DNA from: Mobula hypostoma
Lineage: Eukaryota
Reading direction: 5' to 3'
NCBI RefSeq assembly: GCF_963921235.1
Contig: NC_086108.1
Span: 23,436,001-23,500,000 of the forward strand
Length of the DNA stretch: 64,000 bases
Of this stretch, positions 1 to 11,056 are shown piece by piece. The translations under genes were made by a program, and so were the position numbers. A model generated the notes under the pieces. It did no database searches, was not told where the DNA came from, and saw nothing but the letters and a program-made list of their open reading frames with translations. The first letter of the stretch is position 1. Each line of letters opens with the position of its first letter.

Positions 1-937
1 TTATCCGGCGTAGTGTGGACATAGCCTAAAAGACAGACATTTGCAGTTTATGTGGCTGCAAGTGTGAACTAAAGTCACGGCTAAATTCCATTCCTTAAAT
101 GCTTAATGGTGTACATGTTGGTTCTTACAACACTCCGTCAGTTTGTATGTCACCTTAAATGACACCAGCCTTGAACTGAGCCGTAAAATCATTTATTAAC
201 AGCTGCGCATGATTTTTTGGCTGCGTTGACCTTCTCTGCATTATTAGAAACTGATCTTGGAAGTCAGGACTATTTTCACTGAAGGCAAATAATTAGCTGA
301 TTACTGAAATCTACAAAGCTATAGGCCTGCTAAAATTTTGCTGCGGAGCCATCTGGGCCTTATTTGGAGCTTCAGTGTTGAATACACATTGTGCATTAGA
401 GGGACTTCAGGTTCCATTTCTATTGCACAGTTATTAATTGCCAGTATTACTGTACCATGGAATAGAAATCTGTTGCTGGTGAGGTGGACCTGTCAGTAGA
501 TTTGTACCAGTGGTATTAATATTTAGACTTAGAATTTGTCAATTTCCTTTGGGATTTTCGTGAAACTGGAGGGCTAATGTTAAAAAAAAACACCACTCAG
601 GAGCTGATCCACTTGAGTTAGGGGTATAGGGTTAAGGTAATGGATAGGAATTTTGAAGGAATCTGAGGTGAATTTTTGCATCTAAAGAGTGGCCGGAATC
701 TAGAAAACATTTGCTGAGTGGGAGGTGGAGATGAGCATTCTGATGCCATTTAAGAAGGATCTAACCGAACCCTGAAATCACCAAGAAGGCTGTGGCCCAT
801 ATGCTGGCACATAGAATTAGCTTGTGAACTTGGTGATCATGGATAGAGTGGGACAGGGGACTTGTTTCTGTTTTGTGTGACTTGAGCACTGAGAGCTTGG
901 GAGTTTTTAACTGTTGGAAGTACTGAGACTTTGCAGG

Positions 938-2544
938 ATGATAGGATTGAAGGCAGATAAATCCCCAGGGCCAGATGGTCTGCATCCCAGAGTGCTTAAG
1001 GAAGTGGCCCAAGAAATAGTGGATGCATTAGTGATAATTTTTCAAAACTCGTTAGATTCTGGACTAGTTCCTGAGGATTGGAGGGTGGCTAATGTAACCC
1101 CACTTTTTAAAAAAGGAGGGAGAGAGAAACCGGGGAATTATAGGCCGGTTAGCCTAACGTCGGTGGTGGGGAAACTGCTGGAGTCAGTTATCAAGGATGT
1201 GATAACAGCACATTTGGAAAGCGGTGAAATGATCGGACAAAGTCAGCATGGATTTGTGAAAGGAAAATCATGTCTGACGAATCTCATAACATTTTTTGAG
1301 GATGTAACTAGTAGAGTGGATAGGGGAGAACCAGTGGATGTGGTATATTTGGATTTTCAAAAGGCTTTTGACAAGGTCCCACATAGGAGATTAGTGTGCA
1401 AACTTAAAGCACACGGTATTGGGGGTAAGGTATTGGTGTGGGTGGAGAATTGGTTAGCAGACAGGAAGCAAAGAGTGGGAATAAACGGGACCTTTTCAGA
1501 ATGGCAGGCGGTGACTAGTGGGGTACCGCAAGGCTCAGTGCTGGGACCCCAGTTGTTTACAATATATATTAATGACTTGGATGAGGGAATTAAATGCAGC
1601 ATCTCCAAGTTTGCGGATGACACGAAGCTGGGTGGCAGTGTTAGCAGTGAGGAGGATGCTAAGAGGATGCAGGGTGACTTGGATAGGTTGGGTGAGTGGG
1701 CAAACTCATGGCAGATGCAATTTAATGTGGATAAATGTGAAGTTATCCACTTTGGTGGCAAAAATAGGAAAACAGATTATTATCTGAATGGTGGCCGATT
1801 AGGAAAAGGGGAGGTGCAACGAGACCTGGGTGTCATTATACACCAGTCATTGAAAGTGGGCATGCAGGTACAGCAGGCGGTGAAAAAGGCGAACGGTATG
1901 CTGGCATTTATAGCGAGAGGATTCGAGTACAGGAGCAGGGAGGTACTACTGCAGTTGTACAAGGCCTTGGTGAGACCACACCTGGAGTATTGTGTGCAGT
2001 TTTGGTCCCCTAATCTGAGGAAAGACATCTTTGCCATAGAGGGAGTACAAAGAAGGTTCACCAGATTGATTCCTGGGATGGCAGGTCTTTCATATGAAGA
2101 AAGACTGGATGAACTGGGCTTGTACTCGTTGGAATTTAGAAGATTGAGGGGGGATCTGATTGAAACGTATAAGATCCTAAAGGGATTGGACAGGCTAGAT
2201 GCAGGAAGATTGTTCCCGATGTTGGGGAGGTCTAGAACGAGGGGTCACAGTTTGAGGATAGAGGGGAAGCCTTTTAGGACCGAGGTTAGGAAAAACTTCT
2301 TCACACAGAGAGTGGTGAATCTGTGGAATTCTCTGCCACAGCAAACTGTTGAGGCCAGTTCATTAGCTATGTTTAAAAGGAAGTTAGATATGGCCCTTGT
2401 GGCTACAGGGGTCAGGGGGTATGGAGGGAAGGCTGGGTTCTGAGTTGGATGATCAGCCATGATCATAATAAATGGCGGTGCAGGCTCGAAGGGCCGAATG
2501 GCCTACTCCTGCACCTATTTTCTATGTTTCTATGTTTCTATGTT
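938..2544 (+). mobile_element. Young 5'-truncated CR1-type LINE with an uninterrupted RT ORF
   Basis: ORF 914-2443 has KSPGPDGLHP, YLDFQKAFDKVPH, SGVPQGSVLGP, FADD and RPHLEYCVQFWSP. Short 3' UTR ends in a (TTTCTATG)n tail. No endonuclease domain. Confidence 0.95.
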
Positions 2545-3236
2545 ACTAAAGCTCCATAAAGCAATGCTCCATTGTCAGTGTTCCTTTGAGTAACAATGCA
2601 GTACTCTCCCGTGGGATCCAGAGTTACTGGCTCTTTATTGAGATCAGATGGTATCTCTTACCAAAAATATTGTTGAATTGGGAATCCATTGGTTTACTAT
2701 CGGAGACAAGACTGGTGATGTAGGCAGAATGAGATCATGCAAGGAGTTCTATAGATGTTTGTACCATTAACAGCCTCCCCCAGTACTGTTCATGTGTTTT
2801 TCCTGGTGGCTGGATTTACTTTTAATAGCTTTGCTCAAAGCCTGATCAGTGAGAGGACAGTACAGCAAGTGAGTAAGATTATTTGAGGGAATATTCAAGA
2901 GCCCTGGTTTGCTAAACCACTGTTCAACCCTGTCATCCTCTAACTTATCAATTAAATATTACTGGTAGCTTTCTAACCATGTGGTTTATGTTTGAATGAT
3001 TTTGTTTTGAGGACCTTATGTTATGAAATATGAAAATATCATATTAATTATTATCCTCTGAGAACTGCTAATAATTTATACCTATAATAAAACCATGTGT
3101 GTTGATGCACCACTCATCACATTTTCAATGAACACTGGAGATTTTAATGCTTGATGTTGTGACAGCTACCCTGGCAGTTGTACTGTCAGATGGGGCAAAG
3201 CAGAGTGTGCTACAGCATTCATGCTTTTGTCTTTAG

Positions 3237-3450
3237 GTGATAACTTCTCCCTGAAGTGCATGGAAGATGGTCTGTGGTCCTTGCCTGAAGCCTACTGCAA
3301 GGTGGAATGCCATGCCCCTCCACCCGTGCCTAATGCTAGACTGCTGGTGCCAAGATGCCTACAAGGAGCTCATGACATCGGTTCTACCTGCAGATACAAA
3401 TGCAACCCCGGCTATTATGTACATGTGAACAGTGACAAACGATCCAGGAA
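3237..3450 (+). CDS. PAPPA2: Pappalysin-2 internal coding exon (end of one CCP/Sushi module and most of the next)
   Basis: Acceptor tgtctttag| and donor |gtaagt at 3451. Translates (G)DNFSLKCMEDGLWSLPEAYCKVECHAPPPVPNARLLVPRCLQGAHDIGSTCRYKCNPGYYVHVNSDKRSR(K), matching the recalled pappalysin pattern (human PAPPA2 CLEDGLWSLPEVYCKLEC). 214 bp, phase 1 in and phase 2 out. Confidence 0.93.
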
Positions 3451-3647
3451 GTAAGTAAGATGCTGCAGAAGTGGAGGTTCCTGTGTAAATTAGACTTATT
3501 TGCTGTGAGCAGAGGCGTCAGGCACTGGAGATAGTAGGACTACTATTGAAGTCAGTGGCTTCAAATGAAAGGCTTGCCTTGGACTTATAAGTAGTTGTTC
3601 CTGCATGAGTTGTGTATTTCTGCTTGCATTCCACTATTTGCAGTTGT

Positions 3648-3850
3648 ACCATCAACTGCTGAGATCCTTAACTCTGGGATTCATTCTTTAAAGCATCCAA
3701 CTCTCTCTTCTTCCTTTACAATACTCCTTAAAACCTGAGTGTTTGACCAAGCTCTTGTTCACTTGTCTTAACACTTAATATATCTTGCTAATTAATATTG
3801 TTTGCTAATGCTTCTGTGAAATGCCTTGAGACATTAGCATACAGTTACAT
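3648..3850 (+). mobile_element. Ancient L2-like LINE 3' end relic
   Basis: ctccttaaaacc...tttgaccaagct...cttctgtgaaatgccttgagac resembles recalled chondrichthyan L2 3' ends; degenerate. Confidence 0.45.
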
Positions 3851-4872
3851 TGTTTGTATCTATGTCCACACATGCACACAGCTTTCTTTTATGCCATTAT
3901 ATACAGATATTGTGCCAGACCTGTTAAGGGGTGGGCTGCACAAGGCCCACTCAATGACTCCCAGACTAACAGTGTTTACATCTGTGCTCTGAGTAAGGTG
4001 GTTTAACCTCACTGTCAGTTTATAAGAACACAGTGGAAACAAAAGTGTGTGTGTTTTGCATCAACTCACTATCTGTCTCCAGTATAGGGATGACTGATCA
4101 TATTAGTCCGAGACTGAACAATATCTGATCAGAATGCATAATACCATATGTAACCCGAGAGGTGAGCCTGAGATTTTACACATAGACTGTGGGCAGCTCA
4201 TTGAATCTTTGGCCTTTGAAGCAGGATGTGCATTGGGTTTATGGCAAGATCAGGATGCAATGTGCCTGAAATACAGGAGTCAGTTAGAAAGAATTGAGTG
4301 GTGTTTTATTACTGGAGTCACTTTATATTCCACATGTTGTCCTGTAAAGGAGTTGGGATGATCATTATAATGAAAACTGGCAAAGATGTAGTCACATGCT
4401 GGAAATATACAGTTCTGATCTTTCAACCCTCTCAAATATGGAGAAACTTTGAACATGCATGCCAATTATAGCCAGGAAGACCATTTCATGGAATTTATGG
4501 AATTCAGTCAGAACAGGTTCTCAGAACAATGCAATAGTATAGTGGTTCCTACTGGGAAATAGATAATTTGAGATCTAACTTAATGTATTAAAGTAGGTGT
4601 AATCACAGACTTTTAATGAAAAATAAAATTAATAGCAGCAGACTTTTATGAAAAATCAGCCAGGAAATAATGATCATAAAATAATAAAATTTCATTTTGA
4701 GCTTTGAGTGAGCTGTAGATATGTACAAAAGTTAGATCTTAAATATAGTTCTATTATCATAATGCTCCATTTAGAGGGATGGGCTTAAGAAGGAGAGATA
4801 ACTTGATTAGTTTCGTGTAATAGTCCTCACTCTTCTATTTTTGCAGAACTTACAATATGCCTTTGTCTGCAG

Positions 4873-5041
4873 GAAGTTTCTGAAGCTGCAGTGTTTGGAA
4901 GGAGGATATTGGGAAGAAGGTAGCTGTAATCCTGTACTCTGTGACCCACCTCCCCTCGTCTTCCAGGGAATGTACAGCTGCACGAATGGCTTTCAGTTTG
5001 ATAGCCGCTGCGTTATTACTTGTTATGACCGCACTAAAAAG
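4873..5041 (+). CDS. PAPPA2: Pappalysin-2 coding exon (CCP/Sushi)
   Basis: Acceptor tttgtctgcag| and donor AAG|gtaaga. AA from the previous exon plus G gives Lys. Then [62 protein letters not shown] is PAPPA2-type. 169 bp. Confidence 0.93.
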
Positions 5042-5586
5042 GTAAGAAATTTTGTTGTTCATTGAACATTGATCTTAAACTTATCCTTCAAAAATTCTGA
5101 TAACAATAAATATTTTTCAAATCATGAGTACTGGAAATACTAAGTGGATCACTAATACCTTTAGAGAGAGAAGAGGTGTAAATGTTCACATCAATAGCTC
5201 CTCATCAGAACGGAGAATGCCTTAAAAGCAAGCTTGAGCAACACACAAAATCCTGGAGGATCTCGGAACAACAGAGAGAACAAAGGGAATGTGTTACCTT
5301 AGATGTCCAGCATCCGTAATATTTTGTTTTTTTTAAATACTTTCTATTTTATTTCAGCAAATTAAAGAATATGTAATAATTGGTAACTCTTCGTACTTGG
5401 TTGATAGTGAGAGAAATGGCCCATTGAGGAACTATTTCGAAGATGCAATTTTGTGCAAGCGTGCCATCTGGAATAACCAGCTCTTGTTGAACAACAGGGA
5501 TTCTGCAGATGCTGGAAATTCAAGCAACACACATCAAAGTTGCTGGTGCACGCAGCAGGCCAAGCAGCATCTATAGGAAGAGGCGC

Positions 5587-5622
5587 AGTCGACGTTTCAG
5601 GCCGAGACCCTTCGTCAGGACT
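5587..5622 (-). ncRNA. Minimal type I hammerhead ribozyme motif in the Penelope terminal repeat (intact core)
   Basis: Minus strand reads AGUC-CUGACGA-AGGGUCUCGGCCU-GAAA-CG-UC-GACU. It has stem I AGUC/GACU, the CUGANGA core, a short stem II, GAAA, a palindromic ACGU in place of stem III, and a GUC cleavage triplet. Confidence 0.85.
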
Positions 5623-7560
5623 AACTGAAGGAAGAGTGAGTAAGGGATTTGAAAGCTGGAGGGGGAGGGGGAGATGCAAAATGATAGGAGAAGACAGGAG
5701 GGGGAGGGATAGAGCCGAGAGCTGGACAGGTGATAGGCAAAAGGGGATACGAGAGGATCATGGGACAGGAGGTCTGGGAAGAAAGACGGGGGGGGGGTGA
5801 CCCAGAGGATGGGCAAGAGGTATATTCAGAGGGACAGAGGGAGAAAAAGGAGAGTGAGAGAAAGAATGTGTGCATAAAAAAGAGTAACAGATGGGGTACG
5901 AGGGGGAGGTGGGGCCTAGCGGAGTTAGAGAAGTCAATGTTCATGCCATCAGGTTGGAGGCTACCCAGACGGAATATAAGGTGTTGTTCCTCCAACCTGA
6001 GTGTGGCTTCATCTTTACAGTAGAGGAGGCCGTGGATAGACATGTCAGAATGGAAATGGGATGTGGAATTAAAATGTGTGGCCACTGGGAGATCCTGCTT
6101 TCTCTGGCGGACAGAGCGTAGATGTTCAGCAAAGCGGTCTCCCAGTCTGCGTCGGGTCTCACCAATATATAAAAGGCCACATCGGGAGCACCGGACGCAG
6201 TATATCACCCCAGTCGACTCACAGGTGAAGTGATGCCTCACCTGGAAGGACTGTTTGGGGCCCTGAATGGTGGTAAGGGAGGAAGTGTAAGGGCATGTGT
6301 AGCACTTGTTCTGCTTACACGGATAAGTGCCAGGAGGGAGATCAGTGGGGAGGGATGGGGGGGACGAATGGACAAGGGAGTTGTGTAGGGAGCGATCCCT
6401 GCGGAATGCAGAGAGAGGGGGGGAGGGAAAGATGTGCTTAGTGGTGAGATCCCGTTGGAGGTGGCGGAAGTTACGGAGAATAATATGTTGGACCCGGAGG
6501 CTGGTGGGGTGGTAGGTGAGGACCAGGGGAACCCTATTCCTAGTGGGGTGGTGGGAGGATGGAGTGAGAGCAGATGTACGTGAAATGGGGGAGATGCGTT
6601 TAAGAGCAGAGTTGATAGTGGAGGAAGGGAAGCCCCTTTCTTTAAAAAATGAAGACATCTCCCTCGTCCTAGAATGAAAAGCCTCATCCTGAGAGCAGAT
6701 GCGGCGGAGACGGAGGAATTGCGAGAAGGGGATGGCGTTTTTGCAAGAGACAGGGTGAGAAGAGGAATAGTCCAGATAGCTGTGAGAGTCAGTAGGCTTA
6801 TAGTAGACATCAGTGGATAAGCTGTCTCCAGAGACAGAGACAGAAAGATCTAGAAAGGGGAGGGAGGTGTCGGAAATGGACCAGGTAAACTTGAGGGCAG
6901 GGTGAAAGTTGGAGGCAAAGTTAATAAAGTCAACGAGTTCTGCATGCGTGCAGGAAGCAGCGCCAATGCAGTTGTCAATGTAGCGAAGGAAAAGTGGGGG
7001 ACAGATACCAGAATAGGCACGGAACATAGATTGTTCCACAAACCCAACAAAAAGGCAGGCATAGCTAGGACCCATACGGGTGCCCATAGCTACACCTTTA
7101 GTTTGGAGGAAATGGGAGGAGCAAAAGGAGAAATTATTAAGAGTAAGGACTAATTCTGCTAGATGGAGCAGAGTGGTGGTAGAGGGGAACTGATTAGGTC
7201 TGGAATCCAAAAAGAAGCGTAGAGCTTTGATGGCATGAACATTGACTTCTCTAACTTCCGCTAGGCCCCACCTCCCCCTCGTACCCCATCTGTTACTCTT
7301 TTTTATGCACACATTCTTTCTCTCACTCTCCTTTTTCTCCCTCTGTCCCTCTGAATATACCTCTTGCCCATCCTCTGGGTCACCCCCCCCCCCCCGTCTT
7401 TCTTCCCGGACCTCCTGTCCCATGATCCTCTCGTATCCCCTTTTGCCTATCACCTGTCCAGCTCTTGGCTCTATCCCGCCCCCTCCTGTCTTCTCCTATC
7501 ATTTTGGATCTCCCCCTCCCCCTCCAGCTTTCAAATCCCTTACTCACTCTTCCTTCAGTT

Positions 7561-7596
7561 AGTCCTGACGAAGGGTCTCGGCCTGAAACATCGACT
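7561..7596 (+). ncRNA. Hammerhead motif copy in the inverted arm, stem III mutated
   Basis: AGTC-CTGACGA-AGGGTCTCGGCCT-GAAA-CA-TC-GACT; CG>CA destroys the ACGU palindrome. Confidence 0.75.
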
Positions 7597-8129
7597 GCGC
7601 CTCTTCCTATAGATGCTGCTTGGCCTGCTGCGTTCACCAGCAACTTTGATGTGTGCAGCTCTTGTTGAGCAAATTTTGCTGAAATTGCTGGGAGATGGCA
7701 ATGGGGCATGTCCTAGACACTAACAAAATCCCTCTGATAAAGTTCAATGCATACACATGGAAACTTATTATATGCTGCCAATGGACTGAAGGGCTTCCCT
7801 CTGTGCTCTGTAATGCTGTGTTCATTGATAGCATTCTTGGTCAGTCCCCATTCCAGTTTGTAGTGGGTCACTGGGATTCTCTTACGTCGATTCATGTGCC
7901 TACCAAAGTATTAAGTACTGGATCATACTGATTAACTTGGTAAATATTTTCCTGTGTTTTCTATTTCTATTTTAAATTTACTGCAGGATTTTGATTACCT
8001 GTTAGTATTACCAAAGGCCTCAGAGTATGGTCTGTGATGTTGCATTTCTGATGAAAAGGATGATCTTGGGTTTGTTGGTTATTTTAACTTGACTCTATTT
8101 CACTGCTGCACAAGAAAACAATGCAAGAG

Positions 8130-8775
8130 AAAGAGAAGGTTATTTGGCCCCTCAAGCTTGCCCTGCCATTCAATATGACCATAGCTTGTATGCCCAGGCC
8201 TCAACTCATCAGTTCCCCATACTCCATAGCTCTTGTTTCAGAAATGTATCTATTTCTTTAAATAATTATAATTTATTTAAATACTTAAAATGATTTAGAT
8301 TCACAACTCCCCAGTTTTCTAGAAGTCCACCACCTTCTATGAGAAGAAATTCCTATGTAACTCATTTTTAAATGATATCCTCCCCCCCCCCCCCGTCCCG
8401 TTTAAACTTTTGTACAAAGTTACTTTGCATTGAGTTCAGGGCCGTTGGACACTGCTGAAATGCATTGCTGGCCCCGAGTTCTTTGCCCTTTGGGTTGAAG
8501 AAGATGGTGCCAGCAAACAACACGACCAAAGGCTACTTCCTTCAGACAGTTCATGAAATTATATCTTTTACCTCTTTTACTCCTTCTTCTTCTTTCAAAT
8601 AAGATTCTGCTACCATTTCTTGTTATCACACATGCCCCCAATCTAGGCAGCAGCCTAGTAAAACCTCTTCATCATTCTCTCTGTGGCCTCCATATTCTTC
8701 CTATAATGGATGACCAGCACTGAATGCAATGCTCCAGATGTGCTCTAACCAGAGTGTTATAAAGCTGCAACATAA
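8130..8775 (-). mobile_element. Old, fragmented CR1 3' remnant
   Basis: gaccagcactgaatgcaatgctccagatgtgctctaacc is the reverse complement of a decayed RxHLEYCVQFW motif; a 3' UTR-like segment lies near 8140-8200. Confidence 0.5.
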
Positions 8776-9034
8776 TGACTAATTTCCTTCACTAATATCC
8801 ACACTAATGTCATTCACTTGTTTCTTGGCATAAATGGCTTAATGCTCTTTTGAATTGGATTCGGCCATGGGCATATTTTTATGGGGAACCTAATTAAGTG
8901 TTTGCAGTAAATGCAGCAGTATGCATCAAAAATGTTGCCCTTCATTTTATTTGCAAACGTGTGTCACCATTGTTTAATAGGTTATGGAAACATTATTACC
9001 AACAATGATTGACACCTATGTCATCAGCAGTGAT

Positions 9035-9392
9035 TAAGACCATAAGACATAGGAGCACAATTAGGCCATTTGGCTCATCGAGTCTGCTTCACCATTCCAT
9101 CATGGCTGACTTTTATCCCTCTCACCCCATTATCTTGCCTTCTATCTGTAACCTTTGATGCCCTGAGAAATCAAAAACCTCTCAAGCTCTGCTTTAAATA
9201 TACCCATTGACTTGGCCTGCACAGCCATCTGTGGCAATGAATTCCACAGATTCACCACACTTTGGCTAAAGAAATTCCTCCTCATCTCTGTTCTAAAGAG
9301 TGTCTTTCTATTCTGAGACTGTGTCCTCTGCTCTGAGCTCTCCCACTAGAGGACACATCCTCTCAGCACCTACTCTATCTAGGGCTTTCAAG
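9035..9392 (-). mobile_element. CR1 3' end fragment
   Basis: Starts with the tail taagaccataagacatagg. attccacagattcaccac is the reverse complement of VVNLWN. Confidence 0.75.
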
Positions 9393-9399
9393 ATAAGTT

Positions 9400-9604
9400 T
9401 AACCTCGGGCAGCTGTGGAAATTTTTCCCCATTTTGAAGGGGGAGTGGTGGGCATGCTTCACTCTTCTTTCATCTTTTTGTTCCTCGATGGCTGAAGCCT
9501 GAGTCTGCAGGTCTCTGAGTCTTTAGGGGAAGTTGAATGTTCAACGTTTGCAAATTTGCCAGTTTGCTGGAGGCTGGAGACGGCCTGTCCTGGCATTGGA
9601 GGAC

Positions 9605-9635
<31 letters not shown>

Positions 9636-9873
9636 GTGTTTGCCTGCCTGTGTGGATAGGAGGGGGAATGGGACTTGTTTTGTTGATAATGTTACTGTTC
9701 TTCTTGTTGTTGGGGTTGTTTGTGTTGTTCTGCTGAACATTGTGGACATGCTATTTTGCAGTTGGAATGCGTGGTGATACTTGCAGACTTCCCCCAGCGT
9801 ATCCTTCGGTTTTGTTGCATGTTAATGCTCACTCTATGTTTCGATGTACATGTGATAAATGTATCTGAATCTG
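9400..9873 (+). repeat. Non-coding interspersed repeat with an internal (TG)n tract (9605-9639) and a CTGAAT-type tail
   Basis: Ends tgtacatgtgataaatgtatctgaatctg, similar to the Rex/Babar-type tails elsewhere in the window. No coding motif. Confidence 0.45.
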
Positions 9874-9974
9874 CAACTCTGCACTTGGCACAGCATTCTG
9901 TAACTTAGAGAAGCATAGTGCAAACAGGCCCTTTGATTTACCAAATGCCTATCTAGATTTAAATTTTGTGTTAA

Positions 9975-10578
9975 GCTGGTTATTGACTTCAGGAGCAGGA
10001 AAACAGAGGTCCATGAGCCAGTCCTCATCAGGGGGATCAGAAGTGGAGAGGGTCAGCAACTTTAAATTCCTTGGTGTTATCATTTCAGAGGACCTGTCCT
10101 AGGCCCACCCCATAAGTGCAATTAGGAAGAAAGCACAGCAGCGTCTCTACTTCCTTAGGAGTTTGCAAAGAATTCAGCATGACATCTAGAACTTTAACAA
10201 ACTTCTATAGATGTGTGGTGGAGAGTATACTGACTGATTGCATCTTATTACCACTCAACCATCAGGCTCTTGAACCAGGGAGGTTAACTTCACTCACCCC
10301 ATCACTAAACTGTTCCCACAACCTACAGACTTACTTTTAGGGATTTTTCATCTCATGTTTTCGATATTTATTCCTTATTTATTTAATATCTTTTATTTGC
10401 ACAATTTGTTCTCTTTTGAGCACTGGTTGTTTGTCCATTCTATTATTTACAGTAGTTCATTAATTCTATTGTGTTTCTTGGATTTACTGTGCATGCCCAC
10501 AAGAAAATGAATCTCAGTGTTGTACATGGTGACATATACAGGATGTACTTTGGTAATAAGTTTACTTTGAACTTTGAA
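9975..10578 (+). mobile_element. Rex1/Babar-like LINE 3' fragment, internally deleted
   Basis: LVIDFR, FKFLGV and LTNFYRCVVESILT motifs; tail actttgaactttgaa. Confidence 0.7.
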
Positions 10579-11056
10579 GTACATGTCTCCGTCACCCTCT
10601 CGGGCAGAGTGTCCCATATTTCAATGGAAAAAAAAGTCTTCCTCACATCTCCTCCAACTTTACCTTTACCCATAAATATACCCAATAGTTCTAGAGCTCT
10701 CCCTATGGGAAAAAATTCCTGCTATCTACTCTATCTGTGTTCCGCATGTATTGGATACACTTATCAGCTCACAATTTCTTTGATTCCAAGAAAAACAAAC
10801 TTCGTCTCTATTCAGTCTACCCTCACAATTGAAGTACTCTATCTTAGGCAAGATACTTAAGAATTTTTTTCTCCTTTACTCCAGTGCAATTGTACCATTT
10901 CTACAGTGCATTGACCAGACCTGCACACAATACTCCATTTGTAGATGGATAACCAATGTTTTATGAAGTTGTGCCATAATTTCCCTGCCATGAGATTCTA
11001 TGACCTGGCTAAGGAAAGTGAGTATCCCATGTACTGCCTTCATGACTGACTATCAC

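Larger units (their letters stand above)
5491..7655 (-). mobile_element. Penelope-like element (probably Neptune-type): 5'-truncated RT + GIY-YIG, inverted terminal repeat, 13-bp TSD
   Basis: Minus-strand frame has GVAMGTRMGPSYACLF, RYIDNC, linker CKQNKCYTC and GIY-YIG VIYCVRCSRCGLLYIGETRRRLGDRFAEH. Arms 5528-5951 and 7228-7655 are inverted copies. TSD CAGCTCTTGTTGA at 5478-5490 and 7656-7668. Confidence 0.93.

Noticed and set aside
40..180. Possible ancient chondrichthyan SINE core
   Set aside because: Similarity to a recalled consensus is too weak to support without an HMM search.
2518..2544. Short tandem units suggesting an array
   Set aside because: This is a CR1 3' microsatellite tail with no spacers, so it is not CRISPR-like.
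5120..5330. Possible older Penelope terminal remnants next to the exon
   Set aside because: Only short matches (cttgagcaacacacaaaatcctggagg, tcatcagaac); too decayed to delimit.
6238..6810. 190-aa ORF overlapping the Penelope RT region
   Set aside because: It is an alternative frame of the element with no recognisable domain.
9459..9777. ORFs with CVCVCV or THTHTH runs and apparent transmembrane stretches
   Set aside because: They are translations of a (TG)n microsatellite inside a repeat.
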